From NCBI GenBank assembly GCA_045600105.1, contig JAZRXG010000041.1:43081-107080 (forward strand): a stretch of DNA of 64,000 nt, in the 5' to 3' direction. The notes beneath the pieces are model-generated. The model did no database searches. It saw only the letters and a list, made by a program, of their open reading frames with translations, and was not told the origin of the DNA. Source of the stretch: Eubacteriales bacterium. GTDB lineage: Bacteria > Bacillota > Clostridia > Oscillospirales > CAG-382. Position numbers and translations under genes: made by a program. Numbering within the stretch: the first letter of the stretch is position 1; each line of letters begins with the position of its first letter. Of this stretch, positions 45,450 through 55,127 are shown one piece after another.

Positions 45450-46214
45450 CTCGGCGCGTATTTTGCCGAGCGCGCTCTTTTCAAGCCTCGACACCTGCGC
45501 CTGAGATATGCCGATCTCATCCGATACCTCGTTCTGCGTCTTTCCTTCGTAAAAACGAAGCGACAGTATGCGCTTTTCACGGCTCGTCAGTTTTTTTATT
45601 GCTTCCGAGACCGCGATGTTCGTTATCCAGTTGTCGTCCGTATTGACCTTGTCGCTTATCTGGTCCATCACGTAAAGGCTGTCGCCGTTATCGGTGTAGA
45701 CGGGTTCGTAAAGCGATACCGGCTCCATCACGGCGTCAAGCGCCGCCGTCACTTCTCTGCTGCTCACGCCGATCGCCGACGCTATCTCTTCCGGGGTCGC
45801 GTCGCGCATCAGCTCGGTCGACAGCTTTTCACGAACCGAAAGCGCTTTATACGCGACGTCGCGCAGCGAACGCGAGACCCTCACGTACGAATCGTCTCTC
45901 AGATGTCTTCTGCATTCACCGAGGATAAGCGGCACCGCGTAGGTAGAGAATTTCACGTCGAGCGACAGATCGAAATTGTCGATCGCTTTGAGAAGCCCAA
46001 TACATCCGACCTGAAACAGGTCGTCGGCACACGAAGCCCGCGACGAGAACCCTTGAATGACCGAAAGCACGAGTTTGAGATTTGTGTTCACGAGTCTATC
46101 CCGCGCCGCTTTATCGCCGTTCCTGCTCTTTTTGAGCAGCTCCCTCTTTTCGTCCTCGCTGATCGTAACGAGCTTCGATGTGTTCACTCCGCATATTTCA
46201 ACTTTATTATACAT
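45444..46214 (-). CDS. sigG: Sporulation sigma factor SigG-like
   Basis: 256 aa. NKVEICGVNTSKL, LVLSVIQGF, DDLFQVGCIGLLKAIDNFDLSLDVKFSTYAVPLILGE and VRVSRSLRDVAYKA closely parallel Bacillus SigG. Confidence 0.85.
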   Translation of the reverse strand: MYNKVEICGVNTSKLVTISEDEKRELLKKSRNGDKAARDRLVNTNLKLVLSVIQGFSSRASCADDLFQVGCIGLLKAIDNFDLSLDVKFSTYAVPLILGECRRHLRDDSYVRVSRSLRDVAYKALSVREKLSTELMRDATPEEIASAIGVSSREVTAALDAVMEPVSLYEPVYTDNGDSLYVMDQISDKVNTDDNWITNIAVSEAIKKLTSREKRILSLRFYEGKTQNEVSDEIGISQAQVSRLEKSALGKIRAEL

Positions 46215-46312
46215 GGCATCCTCCGGAAAATCTTCTTGTTTCTATTTTTCCCTCGTTTTCCGAAAACGAATACCCATCGATAAAATGATACATTTTTATA
46301 AGGAGTTATACA

Positions 46313-46531
46313 ATGTTCTGGTCTGTTGACGAAATAGAAAACGGCATCGTGACGATAGTCGGCGACGACGGATCGAAAGCCGTACTGCTGCAATCCGATT
46401 ACGCCGTCCGTTTCAAAGTCCGCGACGTCCTGCGTTTTGCCGATCCCTGCACGCTGTGCATCGACGGTGCCGAGACCGAAAAACGCATTGGCGACGCAAA
46501 AAAACGGCTGAACGCACTTTTCAGCCGATAA
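46313..46531 (+). CDS. DUF3006-family small protein
   Basis: 72 aa. The pattern VDEIENGIVTIVGDDG...IDGAETEKRIGDAKKRLNALF resembles DUF3006. Confidence 0.65.
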   Translation: MFWSVDEIENGIVTIVGDDGSKAVLLQSDYAVRFKVRDVLRFADPCTLCIDGAETEKRIGDAKKRLNALFSR

Positions 46532-47144
46532 TATTTCTTATTCTTATCCAGACGTCGTTTCTGCCTTGCGGAAACAGACCGTCGCTGACGGTCATAACGT
46601 AGTTTTCCGATTTCAGCGTTATTTCAGATAATTTCTCGTTCTTGAGAACATTCAGGACTTTTATTGCCATATCGCAAAAAGCGTTCCTGCTTCCGCCGTC
46701 GGCAAGTGTAACTATCACTTCATCCGGAACGATCTCTTCCGAAAGCCGCAAAGCGTCGCGGACAAGGCATAGTTTGTTTTCATATATCACGTGAACGTCC
46801 TCCGCAAGCACTCCGGAGGACGTTATTTTGTTTGTCATTCTGCCGCGCACCAAATAATAAAGTACCCTTGAAGAGACTTCCGCGTAACCGTCCGAAAACG
46901 TATTGCTTTGCGTATCGTATACGAAATCGGCTTCGACTCCGTCAGCGTCACGTGTACGAAAGACGTATCTTCTGCCTGCGGCGTCGTATTCGCAGCCGAT
47001 TTTTTCAATGCTGCCGCCGTACTTTGAAAGACTTACCCTTTTGAGTTCTTTGAAAGTAAAAAGAAAGGCGTAGACATTGCCGACCGCGGCATACGTTACG
47101 AGCGCCGCCGCAAAGAATACAAAAAGCACTTTTGCGAATCTCAT
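46521..47144 (-). CDS. Hypothetical protein with N-terminal signal/anchor
   Basis: 207 aa with a hydrophobic N-terminus AKVLFVFFAAALVTYAAVG. No family recognised. Confidence 0.5.
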   Translation of the reverse strand: MRFAKVLFVFFAAALVTYAAVGNVYAFLFTFKELKRVSLSKYGGSIEKIGCEYDAAGRRYVFRTRDADGVEADFVYDTQSNTFSDGYAEVSSRVLYYLVRGRMTNKITSSGVLAEDVHVIYENKLCLVRDALRLSEEIVPDEVIVTLADGGSRNAFCDMAIKVLNVLKNEKLSEITLKSENYVMTVSDGLFPQGRNDVWIRIRNIIG

Positions 47145-47198
47145 ATCCTCACCTTTAGGTATTATTCCGACGAAAAGCGAATATAATCCAGAAGGGAT

Positions 47199-47825
47199 AT
47201 GAATATGAAGCGGAAAAAGAAAGCAAAAAAGATATGTTTTTCCATACTTGCTTTTGTCGTCATCATTACTGTGACGTTTTGCGTTCTTCTTGACAAAGCG
47301 GCAGAGGAATACGCTTACAGCGACGTCAGAAACGCGCTTTATGCGCGCATCAACGAAATATTCGTTTCAAATCTCAATAAGCATTCCGACTCGATCGACG
47401 GCGCGTTTATCACGCAAAAAGAAAGCGGCGACGTCAGAAGCGTCACCGTTGAAGCGTATAAACTTGATTTATTCGTGTCCGATATGATAAACGACACGGC
47501 GATTTGTCTTGACGGGACGCACGACTCCTTTTCGTTTCCCGTCGGAAATATTTTCGGGATAAAGCTGCTTTCAGGACGCGGACCGCGAATACCGTTCAGG
47601 GTGATCCCTCTCGGTCACGTCAGCGCCTCGATCGACAGCGAAATAACGTCCTCGGGGATCAATCAGAGCCTTTACCGCGTCGTTCTGAGGATAAACGCGC
47701 TTGCGAAACTGATGTCACCGTTCGGCGGCAATGAAATTGAAATAAGCATTGAATACGCGCTTTGCGAAATTCTCATCATCGGCAAAGTGCCTGACGTTTA
47801 TTTCAACCGCGACGCTACGCCGTAA
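47199..47825 (+). CDS. yunB: Sporulation protein YunB-like
   Basis: 208 aa with an N-terminal TM. GRGPRIPFRVIPLGHVSASIDSEITSSGINQSLYRVVLRI resembles the YunB core. Confidence 0.7.
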   Translation: MNMKRKKKAKKICFSILAFVVIITVTFCVLLDKAAEEYAYSDVRNALYARINEIFVSNLNKHSDSIDGAFITQKESGDVRSVTVEAYKLDLFVSDMINDTAICLDGTHDSFSFPVGNIFGIKLLSGRGPRIPFRVIPLGHVSASIDSEITSSGINQSLYRVVLRINALAKLMSPFGGNEIEISIEYALCEILIIGKVPDVYFNRDATP

Positions 47826-48559
47826 ATGATTATCGCCGCGGCGGAAGACGCGGAAAGCGACATTGCGTAACTGTTTTTGTAATCGATGGAGATCACGTCG
47901 TCGGCTTTTGCCATAAGAGCCTTATTGATGCCGCGCTTTTCGCCGCCTATGACGACGCATATCGGTGACGTGGGCGAATATTCCGAAAGAGCCACGGAAT
48001 CGTCGGTCTTTGCCGTGCAGGCGACGCGTATTCCGGATCCGCGCAGTACGTCGCAGACTTTTTCGACGTCGTTGTAATACGCGACACGCATCAGCTCAGA
48101 CGCGCCGGCGGAAGAGCGTATCACTATGTTCGACGACGTGAAATAGTTCCTTTCAGGAAGAAGCACGCCGTCACAGCCGCAGGCAAACGCCGTTCTGAGT
48201 ACGTAACCGAAATTGAACGGGTCCTCGATACCGTCGATTATGAGAAAATATTTTCCCCTTTTCACGAGTTCTTCGGGAGAAAGCGTCCGTCTTTCTCCGA
48301 CGTACGCGGCAATACCGCCGTAAGCCTCGCCGTTTGTGAGAGACGCGAACTCTTTTTCGCCGACGTATTCCACGGGAATATGACGTTTTTTGGAAAAAGA
48401 GGCTATCTCACGGTACTGCGCTTTTTCGGGATAATGATATGAGGCAGAGCAAATGCGGCTCTGCCTTTCTTTATCAAGTATTATTTTTTTGACTTCTCTG
48501 CTGTCAGCGTTGAGGACGGACGCGAGTGAAATATATCCGCCTATGAGAGTGTCATCCAT
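47798..48559 (-). CDS. rlmB: SpoU/TrmH-family rRNA 2'-O-methyltransferase (RlmB-like)
   Basis: I prefer the Met at 48559 (MDDTLIGG...), which overlaps the upstream stop by 8 nt. IIDGIEDPFNFGYVLRTA and IGGEKRGI motifs are present. Confidence 0.8.
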   Translation of the reverse strand: MDDTLIGGYISLASVLNADSREVKKIILDKERQSRICSASYHYPEKAQYREIASFSKKRHIPVEYVGEKEFASLTNGEAYGGIAAYVGERRTLSPEELVKRGKYFLIIDGIEDPFNFGYVLRTAFACGCDGVLLPERNYFTSSNIVIRSSAGASELMRVAYYNDVEKVCDVLRGSGIRVACTAKTDDSVALSEYSPTSPICVVIGGEKRGINKALMAKADDVISIDYKNSYAMSLSASSAAAIIIYGVASRLK

Positions 48560-49847
48560 TGACTTTTCCCGCCATTGCATTGATATTTTTGTAAATGAGT
48601 CTTCCCGCATTGGTGTTGTAGCTGATGATCAGAACGTCGTCAAACGAAGAAGCAAGGATATCCGAAATATCTTCGGTCTGGAGCGTGGAGTTGACGAACG
48701 TGATGCTGTCGTAATGCGGAACGAGAAGAGTCACGAGAGGAGACGCCGAAGTGTCACCGATGACGAGAAGCTTTTTGCCCGATTTGGTATTTGTCGCAAC
48801 GTCGATCCTTCGTGCGTCCTCGCCGAGGAAGCAGTAGTAGGAATACGACGGCACGTCCGTGAAAATGACTCCGTCACGGTTGACGATGCCGGATTTTCTG
48901 TATACCTTTTCGCTTGTAGTATACGCGGAATCGATATCGTAATAATAAAGGATATCGGCGTTTTTCTTGACGCTTTCGCTGCCGGTAGCCGTATAGAATC
49001 TGCCGAGGAAGCTGTCGTCGACTATCTTGAGGTCGTACACGGTATCGCTGACCGCCTTGAGTCCCGCCGCCTTGCAGAATTCGGTATATACGGTATACGC
49101 GCCGAGGCACGTGTAGTTCGGGTCGGAATTGTAATACATATAATCGTTGGCGTCAACTCTTGCCGAGATGGCGTCGTATACGTTGACATTCACTATCTTG
49201 CCGTCGGTGAGCGAATAGACCTTTTCGGTGAAGTTCTTCTGGCTCGAGCAGTAAAAATCGTCTTCCTGCTTTATCGAGCTCGGTATACCGCCGAATTCAC
49301 AGCTCGTGGGGACGAGTATGCTGTAAACTTTCGCGCTTCCGCATTTAGCCGCGAGGTTCGCGAGAGAAGACGCGTAGCTTTCGGCGATGGAAGAGCTGTA
49401 AGTGAACTGTTCGAATCCTCTGCCGTTGTAAAGGTAGGTGTAGCCGAGGTTGTTTATTACCCAGCCGTGTTCGGGCTCTCCCGCTTCTTCAGACGTTTCA
49501 TCTGAAGATTCCTCGGAAGGCTCGGAAACTTCGGGAACGCTTTCTTCGGTTTTGGAAACGGGCTCCGCCGACTGTTCGGGCGTGCTCGCTTCGGGCTCCG
49601 AAACGTCTCCCGCTTCGGAGTTTTCCGTCACGGGAACTGATTCTTCCGATGAAACGTTTTCAACTTCGGAAATCTCGGGCTCTTTTGACACAGACGATTC
49701 GTTGTTTTGGGGTTCGTCCTTGTCAAAGACGAAGATATAAAGGCAAAGCGCAATGATCAGAACGACGAGCAGCCCGATGACGGCAAACATCAGACGCGAG
49801 TTGTTGTCGTTGTTGTTGATTCTGGAAAGCTTATTGTTTCCGTCCAT
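48552..49847 (-). CDS. Membrane-anchored DHHW-family-like protein with a degenerate signature
   Basis: 431 aa. N-terminal TM and a long acidic Ser/Glu/Pro linker. The body resembles DHHW (AlgJ/AlgX-like) proteins, but the motif position reads SDPNYTCLGAY instead of DHHW. Assignment is from memory. Confidence 0.45.
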   Translation of the reverse strand: MDGNNKLSRINNNDNNSRLMFAVIGLLVVLIIALCLYIFVFDKDEPQNNESSVSKEPEISEVENVSSEESVPVTENSEAGDVSEPEASTPEQSAEPVSKTEESVPEVSEPSEESSDETSEEAGEPEHGWVINNLGYTYLYNGRGFEQFTYSSSIAESYASSLANLAAKCGSAKVYSILVPTSCEFGGIPSSIKQEDDFYCSSQKNFTEKVYSLTDGKIVNVNVYDAISARVDANDYMYYNSDPNYTCLGAYTVYTEFCKAAGLKAVSDTVYDLKIVDDSFLGRFYTATGSESVKKNADILYYYDIDSAYTTSEKVYRKSGIVNRDGVIFTDVPSYSYYCFLGEDARRIDVATNTKSGKKLLVIGDTSASPLVTLLVPHYDSITFVNSTLQTEDISDILASSFDDVLIISYNTNAGRLIYKNINAMAGKVNG

Positions 49848-49856
49848 AGCCTCTCC

Positions 49857-51887
49857 TTAAAACGGCCCTTTATTACCGTCTTGATCCGGCGCTTTCGCAT
49901 CGTTTTCGGATGCTTGCGCCGCTTCTTTTTCTTTCTCTTCTTTTTCTTTTGCTTCTTTGGCTTCCTGTTCGGCCTTGTTGATGTTCTCGGTCTTGCTTCT
50001 CTGACGCTTTTCGGCTTTTATTGCGTCAAGCTTTTCAAACGAAGCGTCTTCTTCGAATACCGCAAGGAACTGGTCCTTATCCATGACTTCGTTCTTCACG
50101 AGGTATTCGGCAATAAAGTGGAGTTTGTCGATGTTTTCGCTGAGTATCTTTTCGGCGATCTCGAAGCCCTTGGTGATGATTGCGTGGACTTCTTCGTCTA
50201 TCTTGGCGGCGACGGTCTCGGAATAGTTGCGGGTGGACGAGAAATCTTTTCCGAGGAAAACTTCGTCGTGACCGGTACCGAATACGATGGGACCGAGTTC
50301 GTCGCTCATACCGTACTGAGTGACCATCTTGCGTGCCAGCTCGCTCGCACGCTGGATATCGTTGGAAGCGCCGCTCGAAATGTCGTTGAGGATGAGCTTT
50401 TCGGCAACACGTCCGCCGAGCATCATGGCGATCTTTTCGATCATTTCGTTCTTATAAACGTGGTTTTTGTCTTCCTGCGGAAGCGCTATCGTATAGCCGA
50501 GAGCCATACCGCTCGGAATGATGGAGACCTGATGAACGGGGTCCTGCGACGGGAGAAGATGACCGACGATGGCGTGGCCCGCCTCGTGGTACGCGGTGGC
50601 GCGTTTGTCTTCTTCTTTTATTACTTTGCTCTTCTTCTGAGGTCCGACGATGACTTTGATCTCGGCTTCTTCGATCTCTTCGATGCCGATGAGCTTCTTG
50701 CCTTTTCTTGCCGCAAGCAGTGCCGCCTCGTTCATGAGGTTTGCGAGATCGGCTCCGGTGAATCCGCTCGTGGCTTTTGCGATGGTCTCGAAATCGACGG
50801 TATCTTCAAGAGGTTTGTTTCTGGAATGGACTTTGAGTATCTCCACTCTTCCCTTTATGTCGGGATAATTTACGGTGACCTGTCTGTCGAAGCGGCCCGG
50901 TCTGAGAAGTGCCGGGTCAAGGATGTCGGGTCTGTTGGTGGCAGCCATTACTATGACGCCGTCGTTGACACCGAAGCCGTCCATTTCGACGAGCAGCTGG
51001 TTGAGGGTCTGTTCGCGTTCATCGTGTCCGCCGCCCCAGCCTGCGCCTCTGTGACGTCCGACCGCGTCGATCTCATCTATGAATATTATGGAAGGTGATG
51101 TCTTTTTGGCGGTCTCAAAAAGGTCTCTGACACGGGAAGCGCCGACACCGACGTACATTTCGACGAAGTCGGAACCCGAAATGGAATAGAACGGTACGCC
51201 CGCTTCACCGGCGACCGCTTTTGCAAGCAGCGTTTTACCGGTTCCGGGAGCACCCACAAGGAGCACGCCGCGAGGGATCTTTGCGCCGAGTGACGAGTAT
51301 TTGGACGGGTCTTTGAGGAATTCGACTACTTCCTTGAGTTCTTCTTTTTCCTCATCCGCGCCGGCGACGTCGGTGAAAAGCACCTTATGCTTTTCGTCGC
51401 TGCCGAGCTTGGTACGCGCCTTTGAGAAAGAGTTCATTCTTCCGCCGAGTCCGCCGCCCGAGGCACCATTGCCCGATTTGCCGGATGCTTTGGAAATGAA
51501 ATACCACCACATGGCAATAAACGCGATGATGACTATAACGAACGGGAGTATGCTGACCCACCACGGAAGTTCGGTAACGGGCTGATAGTCGTATTCGGTT
51601 ATCGTGCCTGCCTTGTACTGTTCGTCGATCAGTTCGTGAAGGTCTTCGTAGAACACGTCAAAATATTTGAGCTGGTATTCGACTTCCTTCTTGTCCTTAA
51701 GTTTGAGAATAAGTACGTTGTCTTTGTCGATCACGAACGAGTCGACTTCTTCTTTATAAAAATAATCCTTTATATCGCTGTACGTCAGTTTTTCGACCTT
51801 ACCATCGGACGCCGCGAGCGTTCCGATGATTATTATGGCAACGATGAAGAAGATGTAGAAAAATACGAGCTTGCGATTTGATTTCAT
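49857..51887 (-). CDS. ftsH: ATP-dependent zinc metalloprotease FtsH
   Basis: 676 aa. Walker [14 protein letters not shown], the SRH region and the HEAGHA zinc motif. Confidence 0.97.
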   Translation of the reverse strand: MKSNRKLVFFYIFFIVAIIIIGTLAASDGKVEKLTYSDIKDYFYKEEVDSFVIDKDNVLILKLKDKKEVEYQLKYFDVFYEDLHELIDEQYKAGTITEYDYQPVTELPWWVSILPFVIVIIAFIAMWWYFISKASGKSGNGASGGGLGGRMNSFSKARTKLGSDEKHKVLFTDVAGADEEKEELKEVVEFLKDPSKYSSLGAKIPRGVLLVGAPGTGKTLLAKAVAGEAGVPFYSISGSDFVEMYVGVGASRVRDLFETAKKTSPSIIFIDEIDAVGRHRGAGWGGGHDEREQTLNQLLVEMDGFGVNDGVIVMAATNRPDILDPALLRPGRFDRQVTVNYPDIKGRVEILKVHSRNKPLEDTVDFETIAKATSGFTGADLANLMNEAALLAARKGKKLIGIEEIEEAEIKVIVGPQKKSKVIKEEDKRATAYHEAGHAIVGHLLPSQDPVHQVSIIPSGMALGYTIALPQEDKNHVYKNEMIEKIAMMLGGRVAEKLILNDISSGASNDIQRASELARKMVTQYGMSDELGPIVFGTGHDEVFLGKDFSSTRNYSETVAAKIDEEVHAIITKGFEIAEKILSENIDKLHFIAEYLVKNEVMDKDQFLAVFEEDASFEKLDAIKAEKRQRSKTENINKAEQEAKEAKEKEEKEKEAAQASENDAKAPDQDGNKGPF

Positions 51888-51893
51888 AGACCT

Positions 51894-53267
51894 TTACCGA
51901 CCTTTTTCAATACTTTTATCAGATATATCGAACCCGAAGCATACGATAAAACGGTTATTTTCACCGTCGCCTGCCCTGTATCCGTCGGCGACTCCGACGA
52001 AGGGCACGGCAATGACCGTATCTCCCGAACAGATGACGGGGATGGCGTCACGGTATTCCTTCGGTATCTTTTTGTTTATAAATTCTTTTTTGAGCGACTT
52101 TGTCATTCCGTTGATCTTTATGCCGTCGCCGTTATTGCGGCTCCTCGCATATATCTTACCGCTTATTTTAGCAGAACATAACGTGACTGTTGTTGAAAAT
52201 TTGTTAAAATCGTAAGAATTTTTGGAAACATTTAGAAACACCGTCGTAGCGGGTCCGAAATGATTTTCGCCATCCTCAAGGTAAATATATTCAACTCGAG
52301 AACATTTTTCGTTCCTTTCGCTTTCGCAAATTCTCACACGTCCGTCCGAAATAACGAGTTTTCTTCCGCCGTCTATGTCAAACGAAATGTTTTTCTTTTC
52401 CTTGACCGCGTTTATCGCTTTTTTCAGCGTTTCACGCTCAAGCTTTCCGCATTCGGAAATTATCACCGACGATATGACTGCGGGATGGCAGGACGAAAGA
52501 TCTTCACCCGCTTTCGCGGCGGATCCATCAACGAAATCCGAAAGCAGCGCAAAATTCCTGCTCGTATTTAAGAGCGTCTCGGAAAATGACGGGTTTATCT
52601 CTTTGATGAGCGGAATGACTTCGAGCCGCAGTTTATTGCGCGTGCAGTCAGGCAAAGCGTTTGTCGAATCAAAAACGTGGCTGACACCGAATTCGGACGC
52701 GTATTCGTCGATCTCTTTGCGGGCAACGTCGCGGAGCGGACGTATGATATTGCCTCTTTTATAAGGGATGCCGCTCATTCCTTTGAGATGCGTCCCTTTG
52801 ATGAGGTCGTACAGCACGGTTTCGGCGTTGTCGTCCGCGTTGTGCGCAGTCGCGATAACGTCTATCCCGTTTTCTTTTGCCGTTCTTTCAAACGCTTCAT
52901 ACCTTGCGTCGCGCGCGGCAAGCTCAAGCGATTTGCCGCTTTCTTTGCAGAGAGCCGGCACGTCGGCGTGAGACACGAAAAGCTCCACCCCGTTTGCCTC
53001 ACACGTTCTGCGGACGAAATCCTCGTCCGAATCGCTTTCATCTCCGCGTATCATGTGGTTTACGTGAAGAGCGTAAAGCGTGAACGAATACTTTTCACGA
53101 AGTGTCAGCAGAACGTCGAACAACACCGACGAATCGACACCGCCCGAAAAGCCGAGAAGCACGCTTTTCACGTTGTCGAGGAGTCCGTTTTCATCGATCG
53201 TCTTTATTACCTTCAGCCGCAGCGCGCTCCGGCTTTTGTTACTGCTTGGGTTCTTGTCTGTCATCAT
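51894..53267 (-). CDS. tilS: tRNA(Ile)-lysidine synthetase
   Basis: 457 aa. The PP-loop SGGVDSSVL and the conserved position upstream of ftsH. Confidence 0.9.
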   Translation of the reverse strand: MMTDKNPSSNKSRSALRLKVIKTIDENGLLDNVKSVLLGFSGGVDSSVLFDVLLTLREKYSFTLYALHVNHMIRGDESDSDEDFVRRTCEANGVELFVSHADVPALCKESGKSLELAARDARYEAFERTAKENGIDVIATAHNADDNAETVLYDLIKGTHLKGMSGIPYKRGNIIRPLRDVARKEIDEYASEFGVSHVFDSTNALPDCTRNKLRLEVIPLIKEINPSFSETLLNTSRNFALLSDFVDGSAAKAGEDLSSCHPAVISSVIISECGKLERETLKKAINAVKEKKNISFDIDGGRKLVISDGRVRICESERNEKCSRVEYIYLEDGENHFGPATTVFLNVSKNSYDFNKFSTTVTLCSAKISGKIYARSRNNGDGIKINGMTKSLKKEFINKKIPKEYRDAIPVICSGDTVIAVPFVGVADGYRAGDGENNRFIVCFGFDISDKSIEKGR

Positions 53268-54606
53268 ATTTTTCTTCGAGCTGAACGTATTTGAAATACT
53301 GACCGTACCACGCGAACTTTACCGTTCCCGTCTGACCGTGTCTGTTTTTGCCGATTATGCATTCAACTATCTGCTGTTCGCTCTTCGGCTCGTTTTTCTG
53401 TTCTTCGCCCGTGTCGTAATCGTCACGGTAAAGAAGCATGACGATGTCGGCGTCCTGCTCGATGGCACCCGAGTCACGCAGATCCGAGAGCGTCGGACGT
53501 TTTTCTTTCAGTCCTTTTGCCGGACGCGAAAGCTGCGACACGAGGATGATGGGTATCTTCATTTCCTTTGCCATCAGTTTGAGCGAACGCGTGAGGTCCG
53601 CGACTTCAAGGACGCGGTTGTCCTTGTGAGATTCGGACTGCATGAGTCCGAGATAGTCGATTATGATGAGTCCCACGTTCTTGAGGCGGCGCACCTTCGA
53701 CTTCATTTCGGTGACCGTGATCTCGGACGTATCGTCAAGATATATCTGCGTTTCGCTTATCTTTGAGCAGGCGTCGGCAAGAGTTCCCCATTGTTCGCTC
53801 GTGAAAGACGCCTTTTTGATGGTGTAGTTGTCGATGAGCGCCTGGCAGGAAATAAGGCGGTTGACAAGCTGCTCTTTGGTCATTTCGAGCGAGAATATGG
53901 CGATCTCTTTTTCGGGATATTTTATCCCCACGTTGAGCGCGAGGTTGAGCGCGAACGTCGTTTTGCCGACACCGGGGCGTGCGCCGATAAGCACGAGGTC
54001 GCCTTCGCCGAGGCTGACGAAATATTCGTCGAGCTCTGAAAAGCCTGTCTTGATGCCCTCGTATATATCGGGGTTGCCCGCAAGGGTCTGGAATTTGTCG
54101 TAGTTTTCTTTGATCGTTTCGGAAATATGCGTAAGTCCCGTGCGGTATCTTTCGTCCGCGACTTCGAAAATCCTGCGTTCGGAATAATCGACGAGGCTTC
54201 TGACGTCGCCGCTTTCGGAATACGCCTTTTCGGAAATGTCTCTGCTGGCGCCGATAAGAGCGCGAAGAGTCGCTTTTTCTTTGATTATTCTGATATATTC
54301 GCCGATATTCGTGTTTTCGACGGCAACGTCGCAGATTATCTTTATGTATTTGGCGGCGTCGAAATCGGTGTCACCGAACGCCTTTTTTATCTCGTCGATA
54401 AGCGTGACGACGTCGATGGTGCGGCTTTCGGCAAACAGATTCTTTATCGCCTTGAATATCGTTTTGTGCGTTTCGGGATAGAAATGATCCGCGCTGAGTT
54501 CTGCAGCTTCGACAAGCTTTTCGGGGTCGATTATTATCGCGCCCAGAACAGCCTGCTCCGCCTGCAGCGAATGGGGCAGCTGTCTTATGCTGTCAAGTTC
54601 GCTCAT
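53239..54606 (-). CDS. dnaB: Replicative DNA helicase (DnaB family)
   Basis: 455 aa. LPHSLQAEQAVLGAII N-terminus and Walker A GARPGVGKTTFALN. rplI-dnaB synteny. Confidence 0.96.
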   Translation of the reverse strand: MSELDSIRQLPHSLQAEQAVLGAIIIDPEKLVEAAELSADHFYPETHKTIFKAIKNLFAESRTIDVVTLIDEIKKAFGDTDFDAAKYIKIICDVAVENTNIGEYIRIIKEKATLRALIGASRDISEKAYSESGDVRSLVDYSERRIFEVADERYRTGLTHISETIKENYDKFQTLAGNPDIYEGIKTGFSELDEYFVSLGEGDLVLIGARPGVGKTTFALNLALNVGIKYPEKEIAIFSLEMTKEQLVNRLISCQALIDNYTIKKASFTSEQWGTLADACSKISETQIYLDDTSEITVTEMKSKVRRLKNVGLIIIDYLGLMQSESHKDNRVLEVADLTRSLKLMAKEMKIPIILVSQLSRPAKGLKEKRPTLSDLRDSGAIEQDADIVMLLYRDDYDTGEEQKNEPKSEQQIVECIIGKNRHGQTGTVKFAWYGQYFKYVQLEEKYDDRQEPKQ

Positions 54607-54613
54607 GATATCA

Positions 54614-55057
54614 TCACCCTTCGACGATAAGTTTGATCTTTGCGTTGATCTCCGGATAAAGTTTGATGCTCACCGTATACTCGCCGACGGTCTTTATGAC
54701 GTCCTCGACGGATATCTTCTTTTTGTCAACGTCGATGCCGAGTTCGGCTTTTATCTTGTCGGAAATATCCTTTGCGGTCACGGCGGAATAGAGTCTGCCA
54801 TCGCTGCCTCCGCTCGTCTTGTAAACGAGCGTGGTCTTTTCGAGTTTTTCTTTGTTTGCGGCAGCCGCTTTTTTATCTTCGCTTTTTCTGAATTCATCGG
54901 CTTCGTTTTTGAGTTTGATGTCGTTGAGTGCGGACGCGCTCGCTTCTTTGGCGAGTTTCTTGGGGAAAAGGAAGTTCATGGCGTATCCGTCGGATACGTT
55001 GACCACGTCGCCCTTTTTGCCCTGAGCCTTGACGTCCTGCAATAAAATTACCTTCAT
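54614..55057 (-). CDS. rplI: 50S ribosomal protein L9
   Basis: 147 aa with the typical start MKVILLQDVKAQGKKGDVVNVSDGYAMNFLFPKKLA. Confidence 0.95.
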   Translation of the reverse strand: MKVILLQDVKAQGKKGDVVNVSDGYAMNFLFPKKLAKEASASALNDIKLKNEADEFRKSEDKKAAAANKEKLEKTTLVYKTSGGSDGRLYSAVTAKDISDKIKAELGIDVDKKKISVEDVIKTVGEYTVSIKLYPEINAKIKLIVEG

Positions 55058-55127
55058 ATCTGTGTTCCTCCGTTAGTTCTGTCGTTACGAATCACGTCTG
55101 CAAAACACTTTTTCGCAGACGTCTGTT

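Noticed and set aside
49707-51098. 463-aa ORF antisense to ftsH
   Set aside because: A shadow ORF opposite a near-certain ftsH. The translation is rich in F/V/G/R repeats.
55094-55122. 8-bp hairpin (ACGTCTGC/GCAGACGT) between gdpP and rplI as a terminator
   Set aside because: On the transcribed (minus) strand it is not followed by a U-tract, and the flanking genes form a conserved operon. It is at most an intercistronic stability or processing element.
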